NCBI GenBank assembly: GCA_963705615.1
Contig: CAVPKE010000007.1
Coordinates: 10,742-74,741 of the forward strand
DNA from: an uncultured beta proteobacterium
GTDB lineage: Bacteria > Pseudomonadota > Gammaproteobacteria > Burkholderiales > SHXO01
DNA length: 64,000 bases
Direction of reading: 5' to 3'
The notes under the pieces were generated by a model that saw only the letters and a program-made list of their open reading frames with translations, ran no database searches and was not told the origin of the DNA. The translations under genes and the position numbers were made by a program. This document shows, one piece after another, positions 36,616-45,832 of the stretch (position 1 is the stretch's first letter; each line of letters begins with the position of its first letter).

Positions 36616-37559
36616 TGTGCGTGCCGGCCGCGCCCGACAGCGCGCGGCCGAGGTTCGGCGGATCGGTGATGATGGCGCGGCCGCGCGGCGTGCCCTCGAG
36701 AAAGGAAATCACCGCGTCGATCTTGGGCGCCATGCTGCCCTTCGCGAAGTGTCCCTCGGCGACGTATCGGCGCAGCTCGGGAAGCGATACGTGCTCGAGC
36801 CACTTCTGGTCCGGTTTGTTGAAGTTGATCGCCACCTTCTCGACTCCGGTGGAGATGACGAACAGCTCGGCTTGTAGGTCGCGCGCGAGCAGGCTGGACG
36901 CGAGGTCCTTGTCGATCACCGCTTCCAGGCCCTGCAGCTCGCCTTTCTTGTCTTCCAGCACCGGGATGCCACCCCCGCCGCAGGCCACGACGATGTAGCC
37001 CATCTCGATCATCGACTTGATCACGTCAAGCTCGATGATCCGCTTCGGCTGCGGCGACGGCACCACTCTGCGCCAGCCGCGGCCGGCGTCCTCCTTCACC
37101 GTCCAGCCAAGGCTCGCGGCGAGCTCCTTGGCCCTCGCCTCCTCCATCTGCGCGCCGATGGGCTTGATCGGGTCGCGGAACGCGGGGTCCTTGGGATCTA
37201 CCAGCACCTGCGTGACCAGCGCCACCACTTTGCGCGCGAGCCGGCGGCGGCGAAACTCGTTGTAGAGCGAACGCTGGAACATGTAGCCGATCGCGCCCTG
37301 AGTGTCCGCGTCCGCGTAGTCCACCGGCACCTCGGGCACTTCGCCCTTGGCGATGCCCGAGCGGCGCAGGATGAAGCCCGACCTGCGGGCCGTTGCCGTG
37401 TGTGAGCACCACGGTCCATCCCGCCTCGACCATGTCGGCGACGTAGTGCGAGGTCTTCGCCGCCGCGTTGAACTGGTCGGGGATCGATTGATGCTGTTCG
37501 TCGACGATGAGTGAATTGCCTCCCACCGCGACGATCGCGGTCCGGCTTGCATCCGTCAT
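36605..37559 (-). CDS. arcC: Carbamate kinase (one frame change near 37385)
   Basis: MTDASRTAIVAVGGNSLI...VVLTHGNGPQVG joins FILRRS...DADTQGAIGYMF...IKPIGAQM...GWRRVVPSPQPKRIIE...IVVACGGGGIPV...LEAVIDKDLASSLLA....AELFVISTGVEKV...FAKGSMAPKIDA. Confidence 0.9.
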
Positions 37560-37574
37560 GCCCCCTCCTGCGGC

Positions 37575-37623
37575 CGCCCCCTCCCTCTCCTTCCCCCGCA
37601 CGCGGGGGAGGGTTGGGATGAGG
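37575..37623 (-). repeat. REP-like element (reverse orientation: CCTCATCCCAACCCTCCCCCGCGTGCGGGGGAAGGAGAGGGAGGGGGC)
   Basis: Close match to the 7449 copy (CCCCACCCCAACCCTCGCCCGCGCGCGGGGGAGGGAC). It is intergenic between arcC and the DUF1116 gene. Confidence 0.6.
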
Positions 37624-37653
37624 AAAGACGTCTCGTCATCGTTGAGTCAACCG

Positions 37654-39103
37654 CTACGGTTCACGCGGCGTCCCAACGCGCGCGGCCAGCGCGACGATGG
37701 CCTGGGTAAAGCACTCGAGCGGTGCGCGCGTGATGCCGGCGCCGATCTGCCCCACGCCCGCCTCGCGGTGGGCGATGCCCGTGTTGATGATCGGCGCGAT
37801 GTTGGTGTCGAGCACTTTGCGCGCGTCGATCCCCGCGGGGTGCCGTGAAATTCATCGCCGGCAGCGTGAATCCGTTGTTGCGCCCCAGCGTGATGTGCGT
37901 CATTTCGCGCGTGTTGGCGATGGCGTCCTGCGGGGTGCCGCCGACGAACTGGACGATCGCGGGAGCCGTGGCCATGGCGAAACCGCCCAGCCCGGCGGTC
38001 TCGGTGATCGAGCTGTCGCCCATGTCCGGGGCTGCATGCTCGGGGCCGTAGCTGGGGAAGTACAGCCCGTGCACCACCGGGGCCGGCGCTTCGAACCAGC
38101 GCTCGCCGGTTCCGGACAGTCGGATGCCGAAACGCACGCCGTTGCGCGACATGGCGGTGACCATGCTGCTGCTCGGACACGCCGTGCGCCGCATCGAGCA
38201 TGACCTTGCACGCGGCCATCGACAGGTTGAGGAAGAAGTGATCGTTGCCGGCAATGAAGGTGATGGCTTCGGCCATTGCCGTCTGGTCGAACCCGCAGCT
38301 CAGCGCCGCGGGCACGAGCTTCTTCAGAAACAGCGAGGAGGCGGCTGCGTTGCGGTTGTGGACCTCGTCGCCCATCTGCAGCGCCTGCGCCATCAGCGGC
38401 TTCAGCTCCAGCGGCCCGAGCCTGGCGAGCGCGGCGCTGAGCGCCGGCGCCATGACTCCGGCCATCCACTGCAGGCGCTTGATCACCTCCGGTGAATTGG
38501 CGCCGAAGCGCAGCGCCTTGCCGAGCCCCTCGTTCATGTTGCAGTAGGCGCGGTTGCCGCCCGCCGCGTTCTCGACGATCCACACCGGCATCGATGGGCT
38601 GATGATGCCCGGCCATGGGGCCCACCGCCGCGTGGTGGTGCGTCGGCTCGAAGGCAATGGCGCCGCTGTCGGCGAGGCGGCGTGCAGCCGCCGCGTCCGC
38701 GGCCCAGCCTTCGTACAAGATCGCGCCGATCACCGCGCCTTGCATCGGTCCGCACATTTCATTCCAGGGAATGGGCGGGCCCGCATGCAGGATCATGCGC
38801 TCGCGCCAAACCCGGCACCTCTGCGCGCGCAACTCCGATCCCGACCAGCATCGGCTGAGCGGCGAGATAGTTCGAATAAGCCGTCTGGTTAGCGCTTTCC
38901 ACGCGCGGGTGCTGCACCAGCTCGGCCAGCGCCCAACCCGCCGCGCGATCGCCGCCCGCCGGCGGCGTCCAATCGACTTGTATCGCCTTTCCGCCGGCCT
39001 GCACGATGGACTCGGCGAACGACACGAGCCCGACGTTGAGGATGGTCTGGCCTTCCTGAAACAGCGTGCTCACGGATTTCGCACTCTGTGGCTGATAGCT
39101 CAT
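37654..39103 (-). CDS. DUF1116 family protein (YlbE/AllG-like) with 4 frame changes
   Basis: MSYQPQSAKSVSTLFQEGQTILNVGLVSFAESI..., then RMILHAGPPIPWNEMCGPMQGAVIGAILYEGWA..., then PSMPVWIVENAAGGNRAYCNMNEGLGKALRFGA...ITFIAGNDHFFLNLSMAA..., then MVTAMSRNGVRFGIRLSG...ITETAGLGGFAMA..., then IDARKVLDTNIAPIINTGIAHREAGVGQIGAGITRAPLECF...*. The true stop TAG at 37654-37656 was found by hand. Confidence 0.85.
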
Positions 39104-39119
39104 CGGGCTGCTTCCCTCG

Positions 39120-40679
39120 TTAGCCGCGCCCCGGCGCGCGGCCCGACACCATGCTGGCGGCGAGCCTGACCGCTTGCGCGTTGCTCTGAGTCAGCACCAT
39201 GCCTGCCTGCGTCAAAGCGTTGCTCTGCAGATCGAGTCCTTGCGGGTCGCCTTCGGTGCCGCAGACATATCCGACGAACGCCAGGTTGCGGTTCCCTCGT
39301 GCCGCAATCTCCCGAGCACGGCGCAAGGCGGGGACTAGCTCGCCGGACGGGTTGGCATTGCTGCCGTAGCCGAGCACCACGTCGAGCAGGATCACCGCGG
39401 TCTCGGGGTCTTCCGCCTCTTTGGCGATGCGCTCGTTGCGCAGCCGGAAATCGATCATCGGATGCGGACGGCCGCGCGTGAAGACGTCGTCGCCCAGATC
39501 GATCAGCGTGTGATGGTGGCTGCGCCAGAGGTCCTCCAGCTGGCCCTGCGCACGCACCGGCGTGTTCGAGTAGACGTCGGCCAGGCGCTCGTCGAGCAGC
39601 AGCGCCGCCTCGTAGCAGAAGGTGCCGCCGCTGTAGAGACCGCGGATGTAGCGCTGACCGGGACCGAGCGGCGGTAACCCGACGAGGGGCGGTGGAACAT
39701 CGCCGTAGGATTGGCGCGGGAGCTCGCCCCTCGCGATGTCCACGGCTGCGCGCGCAGCGTCCTCCAACGTCCGTGCGCCGTGCACGCCGCCGCCCGAGAT
39801 CTTGCGCGGATCGGCGCCGAGGAAGTTGACCACCACCGGCTTGCCCGCCTTGCGCGCTTCGCTCAGGATGCGCTCGGCGACCTCGGCCGCAGGCGGTTTC
39901 GAGATGAGCACGATGACCCGGGTCATCGGGTCTGCGGCCAGATCCTTCAGGCCCTTCGACATCGAGATGCCGCCGATCTTCGCGTGCAGGTCGCGCCCGC
40001 CGGTCCCGATCGCCTGGGACACGCCCAGCCCCAGCCGGTCGACCAGCACCGTAACCTGCTGCAAGCCCGTGCCCGACGCTCCGACCGCACCGATCGGTCC
40101 GCGCTTGACGACGTTGGCGAACGCGAGAGGCACGCCGTTGATGATCGCGGTGCCGCAGTCCGGCCCCATGACGATCAGATCCCGCTGGCTGGCCTCGCGC
40201 TTGAGGCGCAGCTCCTCATCCTCGGACACGTTGTCGCTGAACAGCATGACGTTGAGCCCCAGGTGCAACGCCTTCATGGCTTCGGCCGCGGCGTATTCGC
40301 CCGGCGTGGAGATCAACGCCATGCTGGCCGTACCCGCCTCGGCCAGCGCCATCTGGATGCTGCGGGGTTTCGGCGCGGCGGATTCCTGCGCCGCTCCGCT
40401 GTCCGCTTGGCGCGTCAGGTTCTTCAACGCCTCCTCGATGGCGCCCGCGAGAGCGGATTGCTCTCCGCGCACCACGATCAGCAGGTCGGCTGCGCTGGCG
40501 CCGGTGGCGCTGACGCCGAAGCCGGCCTCGGTCAACAAGGCCAGATTGTTCTCCGTGGCCATCACCGCGGAGGCCTGCTCCACGCCCGGAAGCTTGGCCA
40601 GGAGCGCGGACAGCTGCATCAGCGACACGGAGTCGCGGTACTCCTTGGGGACGACCTTGAACGCGGTGGCCATTGGCAC
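39120..40679 (-). CDS. fdrA: FdrA (AllF-like, succinyl-CoA-synthetase-alpha-like) protein
   Basis: ...YRDSVSLMQLSA...ALISTPGEYAAAEAMKALHLGLNVMLFSDNVS...MGPDCGTAIINGVPLAFAN...GPIGAVGASGTGLQ...IGTGGRDL...VIVLISKPP. The ORF is an intact 519 aa. Confidence 0.9.
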   Translation of the reverse strand: MPMATAFKVVPKEYRDSVSLMQLSALLAKLPGVEQASAVMATENNLALLTEAGFGVSATGASAADLLIVVRGEQSALAGAIEEALKNLTRQADSGAAQESAAPKPRSIQMALAEAGTASMALISTPGEYAAAEAMKALHLGLNVMLFSDNVSEDEELRLKREASQRDLIVMGPDCGTAIINGVPLAFANVVKRGPIGAVGASGTGLQQVTVLVDRLGLGVSQAIGTGGRDLHAKIGGISMSKGLKDLAADPMTRVIVLISKPPAAEVAERILSEARKAGKPVVVNFLGADPRKISGGGVHGARTLEDAARAAVDIARGELPRQSYGDVPPPLVGLPPLGPGQRYIRGLYSGGTFCYEAALLLDERLADVYSNTPVRAQGQLEDLWRSHHHTLIDLGDDVFTRGRPHPMIDFRLRNERIAKEAEDPETAVILLDVVLGYGSNANPSGELVPALRRAREIAARGNRNLAFVGYVCGTEGDPQGLDLQSNALTQAGMVLTQSNAQAVRLAASMVSGRAPGRG

Positions 40680-40690
40680 GCTCTTGCGCT

Positions 40691-41690
40691 CTACGTCAGA
40701 GCGGCGGCAACCTGACAGGGGTAGGACGCGTCCGCAGCCACGAGCCAGGGACGCAGTCCGAAGAGCAGACCCACCAGCGAATCGGCCCCGGAGCTGTGGC
40801 CGACGCGTACGAGCCGCGCTGCGCTCTCCTGCAGCCGCAGTTCGTCATGCGTCGCTATAGCCAACACGACCTGCGCCAGCGACTCGGAGAACTCGCCTGC
40901 CAGCGCATTGACCATGAACTGTCGGCTGATCAGATTGGCCGCAGCGGCGAGCCGCGTCATCGGGGCGATCAGCCCTCCCAGGAATGGCCGCAGGAGGAGC
41001 TCGTGCGAGCAGCGGGCATGCAGCGCAGCCAGATACCCGACGATGAAATCGTCGCCCGAAGGCGTGAGCCCAGGGCCGAGGCCGGCGAGCTGCTCGAGCG
41101 CCTGCGCGGCCGCGACACAATCGAGGCTCGAGCTGGCGCGGCTCAGTGCCGGTAGCGTCTGCCTGAGGCGCTTTTGCATCGCCCGCTCCATAGACGAGCC
41201 CGGAACCGCATCGTGCAACAGGAGCGGAGCAAAACCGCTGCGAGGCGTCTGCTGCTGCAGCACCAAGCGCGCAGCGCGCAGTGCTCGCACGCTCGGTTCC
41301 GCATCCGGGTCGATGGCGCAACCGTCTAGCCCGCAACGCCAGTGCGCAGCGCCGGAGAGATCTATCGCGACTCCGGCCTCGGGAACGTAGAGCGACGCGC
41401 CGTCGGCCGCGACAGTCTGGCCCGGACGCAGCCACACCTGAAAGTCTTCCGGCTCGGGCAGCACGCAGCGAATGCCATGCGGAAGATTGCCCGGCTCACG
41501 GCCGAGCAGCGTCACCAGCGCGCCGTCGTCGAGCTCGACGTTGCACGCCTGCCGGTAGACGCTGTGCACGCCGCCCCTGACAAAGCGGTACAGCGCGCGG
41601 CTACCGATGCTGAGCGCAGGGATGAGTGGTACCTGGATCCCGCCCCGGATTGAAACCTTCCGGGGTGACGACGCCGGGATGACGTTCGCC
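40691..41690 (-). CDS. DUF2877 family protein (YlbF/AllH-like); start uncertain
   Basis: ...LAGLGPGLTPSGDDFIVGYLAAL...RLVRVGHSSGADSLVGLLFGL. The upstream part of track ORF 40691-41890 overlaps the next gene and was rejected. A TTG near 41690 is a possible start. Confidence 0.7.
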
Positions 41691-41703
41691 AATTGCGAAA
41701 GAC

Positions 41704-42378
41704 TCAAGAGACTCCCAGCGCGGCCAGCGCGCGCTTGGAGTCCGACACCCAGCCGAAGATGCCGCCCTGCGCCTTGATCATCGCCAGCGCGGCCTTCTGG
41801 AACTCGGGGAAATACGAGCCCACGCAGTCGGACAGCACGACGCACTCGAAGCCGCGGTCGTTCGCCTCGCGCACCGTGGTGTTGACGCACACCTCGGTGG
41901 TCACGCCGCAGACGATCAGGGTCTCGATCCCGTGGTTGCGCAAGACCAGCTCGAGGTCGGTGGCATAGAACGCGCCCTTGCCCGGCTTGTCGATCACGGT
42001 CTCGCCCGGCTTGGGATAAAGCTCGGGCACGATGTCGTGGCCGACCTCCCCGCGCACGAGGATGCGGCCCATCGGTCCGGGATCGCCGATGCGCGTCTTG
42101 CCCCGCCCCCGCACGAGCTTGCTGGGCGGGCAGTCGTTCAGGTCGGGCCGATGCCCTTCGCGGGTGTGGATGATCATCATTCCCCGCTTGCGCGCGGCCT
42201 CCAGCACGCGCCGCGTCGGCGCGACGGTGGCCTGCAGCGGCGTCACGTCGTTGCCCAGCGCCTCGCCGAATCCACCGGGCAGCACGAAGTCGCGCTGCAT
42301 GTCGATGATCAGCAGAGCGGTCTTCTTCGGGTCGAACTCCAGCTCGTAAGGCTCCGCTTCCATTGTCTTTTGTTCCAT
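41704..42378 (-). CDS. Isochorismatase-family cysteine hydrolase (biuret hydrolase / RutB / carbamoylsarcosine amidase-like)
   Basis: ...KKTALLIIDMQRDFV.PGGFGEALGNDV...MMIIHTREGHRPDL...VIDKPGKGAFYATDLELVLRNHGIETLIVCGVTTEVCVNTTVREANDRGFECVVLSDC. The D-K-C triad context is present. Confidence 0.85.
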   Translation of the reverse strand: MEQKTMEAEPYELEFDPKKTALLIIDMQRDFVLPGGFGEALGNDVTPLQATVAPTRRVLEAARKRGMMIIHTREGHRPDLNDCPPSKLVRGRGKTRIGDPGPMGRILVRGEVGHDIVPELYPKPGETVIDKPGKGAFYATDLELVLRNHGIETLIVCGVTTEVCVNTTVREANDRGFECVVLSDCVGSYFPEFQKAALAMIKAQGGIFGWVSDSKRALAALGVS

Positions 42379-42470
42379 GACTTGCCCTCCTGTCCCCGTG
42401 AACCCGACGGCCCGAAGCGGCCCCGGCGCCTGTTGAGCCCGCAGCGCGCTGGCTTTCCCTGATGCGCGTA

Positions 42471-42490
42471 TGTATACTGAATGGTATACA
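42471..42490. promoter_or_regulatory. Inverted repeat TGTATAC-tgaatg-GTATACA containing a TATACT -10-like box, in the divergent hydrolase intergenic region
   Basis: Perfect 7-bp arms at 42471-42477 / 42484-42490, 29 bp upstream of ATG 42519. The 10-mer GTATACTGAA recurs at 44359-44368. Confidence 0.35.
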
Positions 42491-42518
42491 AGCTTCAGCG
42501 CAGGGGAAAGCGGTGTCG

Positions 42519-44321
42519 ATGACGATTGCTTCTCTTCTCGCCGATTACCGGAGCGGAAAACGCACGCCCTCGGGAGTCGTCGAGGGGCTTCTCGCCCGCG
42601 GCGACGACGGCAACTACGCGTGCGCGTGGATCCATCGCGTCGACGAGGTCACCCTGATGCGTCGGGCGAAGGAACTGGAGAGTCGGGCGCGCGCCGATCC
42701 GCGCGCCCTCGACCGCCTGCCGCTCTATGGAATTCCCGTACGCGGTCAAGGACAACATCGACGTGGCCGGGACTGCCGACCACCGCGGCCTGCCCCGCTT
42801 TCTCGTACGTGCCGCAGCGCTCCGCCACAGCCGTCGAGAAACTGGAGACGGCCGGCGCCATCCTGGTCGGCAAGACCAACCTGGACCAGTTCGCCACCGG
42901 GCTCGTCGGCACGCGCTCGCCCTTCGGCGTGGTGCCCAACACGTTCCGGCCCGAGTATATCTCCGGTGGCTCGAGCTCGGGCTCGGCGGTCGTCGTGGCG
43001 CGCGGCCTGGTGAGCTTCGCTCTGGGCACCGACACCGCGGGGTCGGGCCGCGTACCGGCCGGACTCAACAACATCGTCGGCCTGAAACCGACGCCGCGGC
43101 CTGATCAGCGCGCGCGGCGTGGTACCGGCCTGCCAGTCGCTGGACTGCGTCTCGGTGTTCGCGCTGACCGTACCCGGACGCGGTGGCGGTGTTCGATGCG
43201 GCGCGTGGCTATGACCGGAACCGACCCGTAGTCACGCGTGCTGACCTGTGGCCGGCTTCCTGCGGCCCGCGTTTCACTTTCGCGCTGCCCGGCCCGCTCG
43301 AGTTCTATGGCGACGACCACGCCAGGCACGCCTTCGACGACGCCGCGCGCATGCTCCAAGGCCTCGGCGGGCAGCCGTCGAAGTCGACTTCTCGGTGTTC
43401 CTGGAAGCCGCTGCGTTGCTCTACGAAGGACCCTGGGTGGCGGAGCGCATGGCGGCGATCCGGCCGTTCTTCGAGCGCCATGCCGACCAGATGCACCCGG
43501 TGGTGCGCAAGATCATCGACGGCGCAACCAAGTACTCGGCCGCGGATCTTTTCCGGACTGACGCAGCCTGCAGGCGCTGAAAAAGCGCGCAGCGCGGCTC
43601 TGGGACCGGGCCGACGTGCTGGTGGTGCCGACCGCACCGACCATCTACACCATCGAGGAAGTGCTGGCCGAACCGTTTCCAACAACCGCAGGCTCGGGCA
43701 CTACACCAATTTCGTCAACCTGATGGACCTCGCCGCCTGCGCCGTGCCGGCCTCGATGCGGCCCGACGGCCTGCCCTTCGGCATCACGCTGATCGCTCCA
43801 GCCGGCAGGGACCTCATGCTCGCGGATCTGGCGCAGCGCTTCCATCAGCTCACCGGGCTCAAGCTCGGCGCTCTGGATGAAGATGCTGCCACCGCCCGCG
43901 TGGCCCGCTCGACCACCGGCGGCGATCAAGGTGCGCTGGCCGTGGTCGGGGCCCATCTGTCGGGACTGCCGCTCAACCATCAATTGACCGAGCGCGGCGC
44001 ACGCCTGGAGAGCGCCGCGCGCACCACCGCGCGCTACCGGCTGTTCGCGCTGCCCGGCACGACACCACCGAAGCCGGGCATGGTTCGCGATGCCCGACAA
44101 CGGCAACGCCATCGACGTCGAGGTCTGGAGAATGCCCGCCGCCGCATTCGGGTCGTTCGTGGCGGGCATTCCCTCTCCGCTGGGCATCGGCCGCGTCGAA
44201 CTCGATGACGGCGAGTGGGTGCAGGGTTTTCTGTGCGAGAGCCTGGGCGGTGGCCGGCGCCGAGGAGATCTCGCACTTCGGCGGCTGGCGCGCGTTTCTC
44301 GTCAGCAAGGCTGCGGCTTAG
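42519..44321 (+). pseudogene. Allophanate hydrolase (amidase-signature domain plus AtzF-type C-terminal domain) with about nine frame changes
   Basis: Pieces: [17 protein letters not shown]...LPLYGIP | [11 protein letters not shown] | [52 protein letters not shown]...[13 protein letters not shown]...[26 protein letters not shown] | [25 protein letters not shown] | [10 protein letters not shown]... | EAAALLYEGPWVAERMAAI... | LQALKKRAARLWDRADVLVVPTAPTIYTIEEV | NRRLGHYTNFVNLMDLAACAVPA...PFGITLIAP...ALAVVGAHLSGLPLNHQL | NGNAIDVEVWRMPAAAFGSFVAGIPSPLGIGRVELDDGEWVQGFLCE | AGAEEISHFGGWRAFL*. Confidence 0.85.
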
Positions 44322-44359
44322 CACCGGCGCAACGCCGCGCTTGCGCGCGGCCCGAGGGG

Positions 44360-44377
44360 TATACTGAACCGCGGTTC
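44360..44377 (+). promoter_or_regulatory. TATACT -10-like box directly followed by the perfect 12-bp palindrome GAACCGCGGTTC
   Basis: TATACT at 44360-44365 and the palindrome at 44366-44377, about 65 bp upstream of ATG 44442. Confidence 0.3.
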
Positions 44378-44441
44378 CGGTCTTGGGCGCGCGGGGAGGG
44401 TTGCCCACCGGAGCGTCTCTTGCCCCAGGCGTCAGAAGAAC

Positions 44442-44996
44442 ATGAAGCGCCGCAGCCTGCTCGAGGCCGCGCTCGCCATAGTCAGCGCGACCCTGCTTTC
44501 CGGCCACTCGCCCTACCGACAGTGGAGTGCGTTGAGGGCGAAGCACTGGCTCATCGTCGCTGCCCGCGGCGACGCCGAGGCCTCTCGCCTGGCCAACGCG
44601 GCAGCAACGCTTCTGGCTGCGCGCCTGCCCGAGAGCGAAGCGATGGCCGTGGAAGCCGAGAACGTTCGCGAAGTCGTGCAGCTGCTGCGGACACGGCAGC
44701 TGGAACTGGCCATGATGAGCATCGACGCGGCCAACGACGCGCTCCAGGGAAGCGGGACCCTGGTCCACGATGGGTCGGTCCCGCTTCGCACCGTGGCCCC
44801 CTTTGGCCCCCACCTGCTTGTCGCCTTGGAGGACTACGCCACCGACAAGGCCGCGCGCATCGCGGCGGCACTCTCAGGCTTCCGCTGGCACGATGGCTCC
44901 GCCCCCACACGCAGGTCCGGTCCACAATCCAAGGTGCCGCTGCATGCGGGCACCATCCGCTTCAAGCAGGCGTACGAGTCGAAGACGGGGCAGTAG
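44442..44996 (+). CDS. Short TAXI-like (TRAP solute-receptor-related) periplasmic protein; function unknown
   Basis: Tat/Sec-like N-terminus MKRRSLLEAALAIV. ...NVREVVQLLRTRQLELAMMSIDAANDALQG... and the C-terminal PLHAGTIRFKQAY resemble the start and end of TAXI receptors. The protein is only 184 aa. Confidence 0.35.
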   Translation: MKRRSLLEAALAIVSATLLSGHSPYRQWSALRAKHWLIVAARGDAEASRLANAAATLLAARLPESEAMAVEAENVREVVQLLRTRQLELAMMSIDAANDALQGSGTLVHDGSVPLRTVAPFGPHLLVALEDYATDKAARIAAALSGFRWHDGSAPTRRSGPQSKVPLHAGTIRFKQAYESKTGQ

Positions 44997-45095
44997 CGTC
45001 AACAGCTCATTGCGAGACTACGAGGCAGACGCGCGTAGTTTTTCCCGCCGGGCTGTTCGTACGACAAGCCGCTTTCGCCGCCCCTCGGCGGCGTC

Positions 45096-45743
45096 TCACT
45101 CCGCCCGGTCCGGTCGTGTCGCGCGTCGACGCCGCAACACCCACACGACGCCCACGATCGCCAGGCCGACACACCCGATCAACGCAGCGGCGATCCATCC
45201 GGTCGGTGTCTTGGACATGCGCTTGCGGTAGGCCTGGTAGTCGGGATCGAGCGCGTGTTCGCGTTCGCGTGCGGCTTCGAACTCGCTCACCCATTGCGGC
45301 ACCGCGCGCGCCGCCCGCGCAGGTTCGCTGCCCCAGACGAGGTTGACCGGGACGGAGAGGGTCGTCGCGGGTTGGCGCTGGCCGATGCGCCGCGCGACCA
45401 GACGGATCTCGTCCACCGGGGTCGGCTGCTCCGGCCAGTGGAAGATCAGCGTCGCGTCGGTGCCGCCGTCCAAGCGCAGCTCGCGCTCGCGGATAGTCGC
45501 GACCGGCACCTCCTGGCCCTGGTAATAGGCTTCGGCGAGCACCCGCACAGGCGTGCCGCTGTGGACCTGGAAGCGGAGGTAGAACGGCTCCTTGTAGTGC
45601 AAGCGCGCGTCGGTAGCCGGGTCGGTCTCCAGCACCGTCAGCGCAACGCCGGGCGCCTGAGCGGCTTCCTCGCCGCGAGCGGCAGCGCACACAGTGATCA
45701 GCAGCAACAGCAGAGTCGCTTGGCGGCTCGAAGTAAGATGCAT
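45096..45743 (-). CDS. Hypothetical exported protein with a C-terminal membrane anchor
   Basis: Signal peptide (ATLLLLLITVCAAARG), a probable beta-rich middle region, and a TM anchor (WIAAALIGCVGLAIVGVVWVL) followed by RRRRA. It is the last gene of the kinase operon. Confidence 0.5.
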   Translation of the reverse strand: MHLTSSRQATLLLLLITVCAAARGEEAAQAPGVALTVLETDPATDARLHYKEPFYLRFQVHSGTPVRVLAEAYYQGQEVPVATIRERELRLDGGTDATLIFHWPEQPTPVDEIRLVARRIGQRQPATTLSVPVNLVWGSEPARAARAVPQWVSEFEAAREREHALDPDYQAYRKRMSKTPTGWIAAALIGCVGLAIVGVVWVLRRRRATRPDRAE

Positions 45744-45832
45744 GGCGGGCGTTCGATCTCTCTCGTGCTGGCTGCGCGAGCGCGCAACCGTGGCCGGAGG
45801 AAGCAGGAGGTGGGCCAGAGACCCAGAGACCC

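Noticed and set aside
43105-44813. Minus-strand ORFs 43105-43359, 43305-43685, 43645-44187, 43973-44308 and 44034-44813
   Set aside because: They are antisense to the (fragmented) allophanate hydrolase and TAXI-like genes, Arg/Gly/Ala-rich, and carry no motifs.
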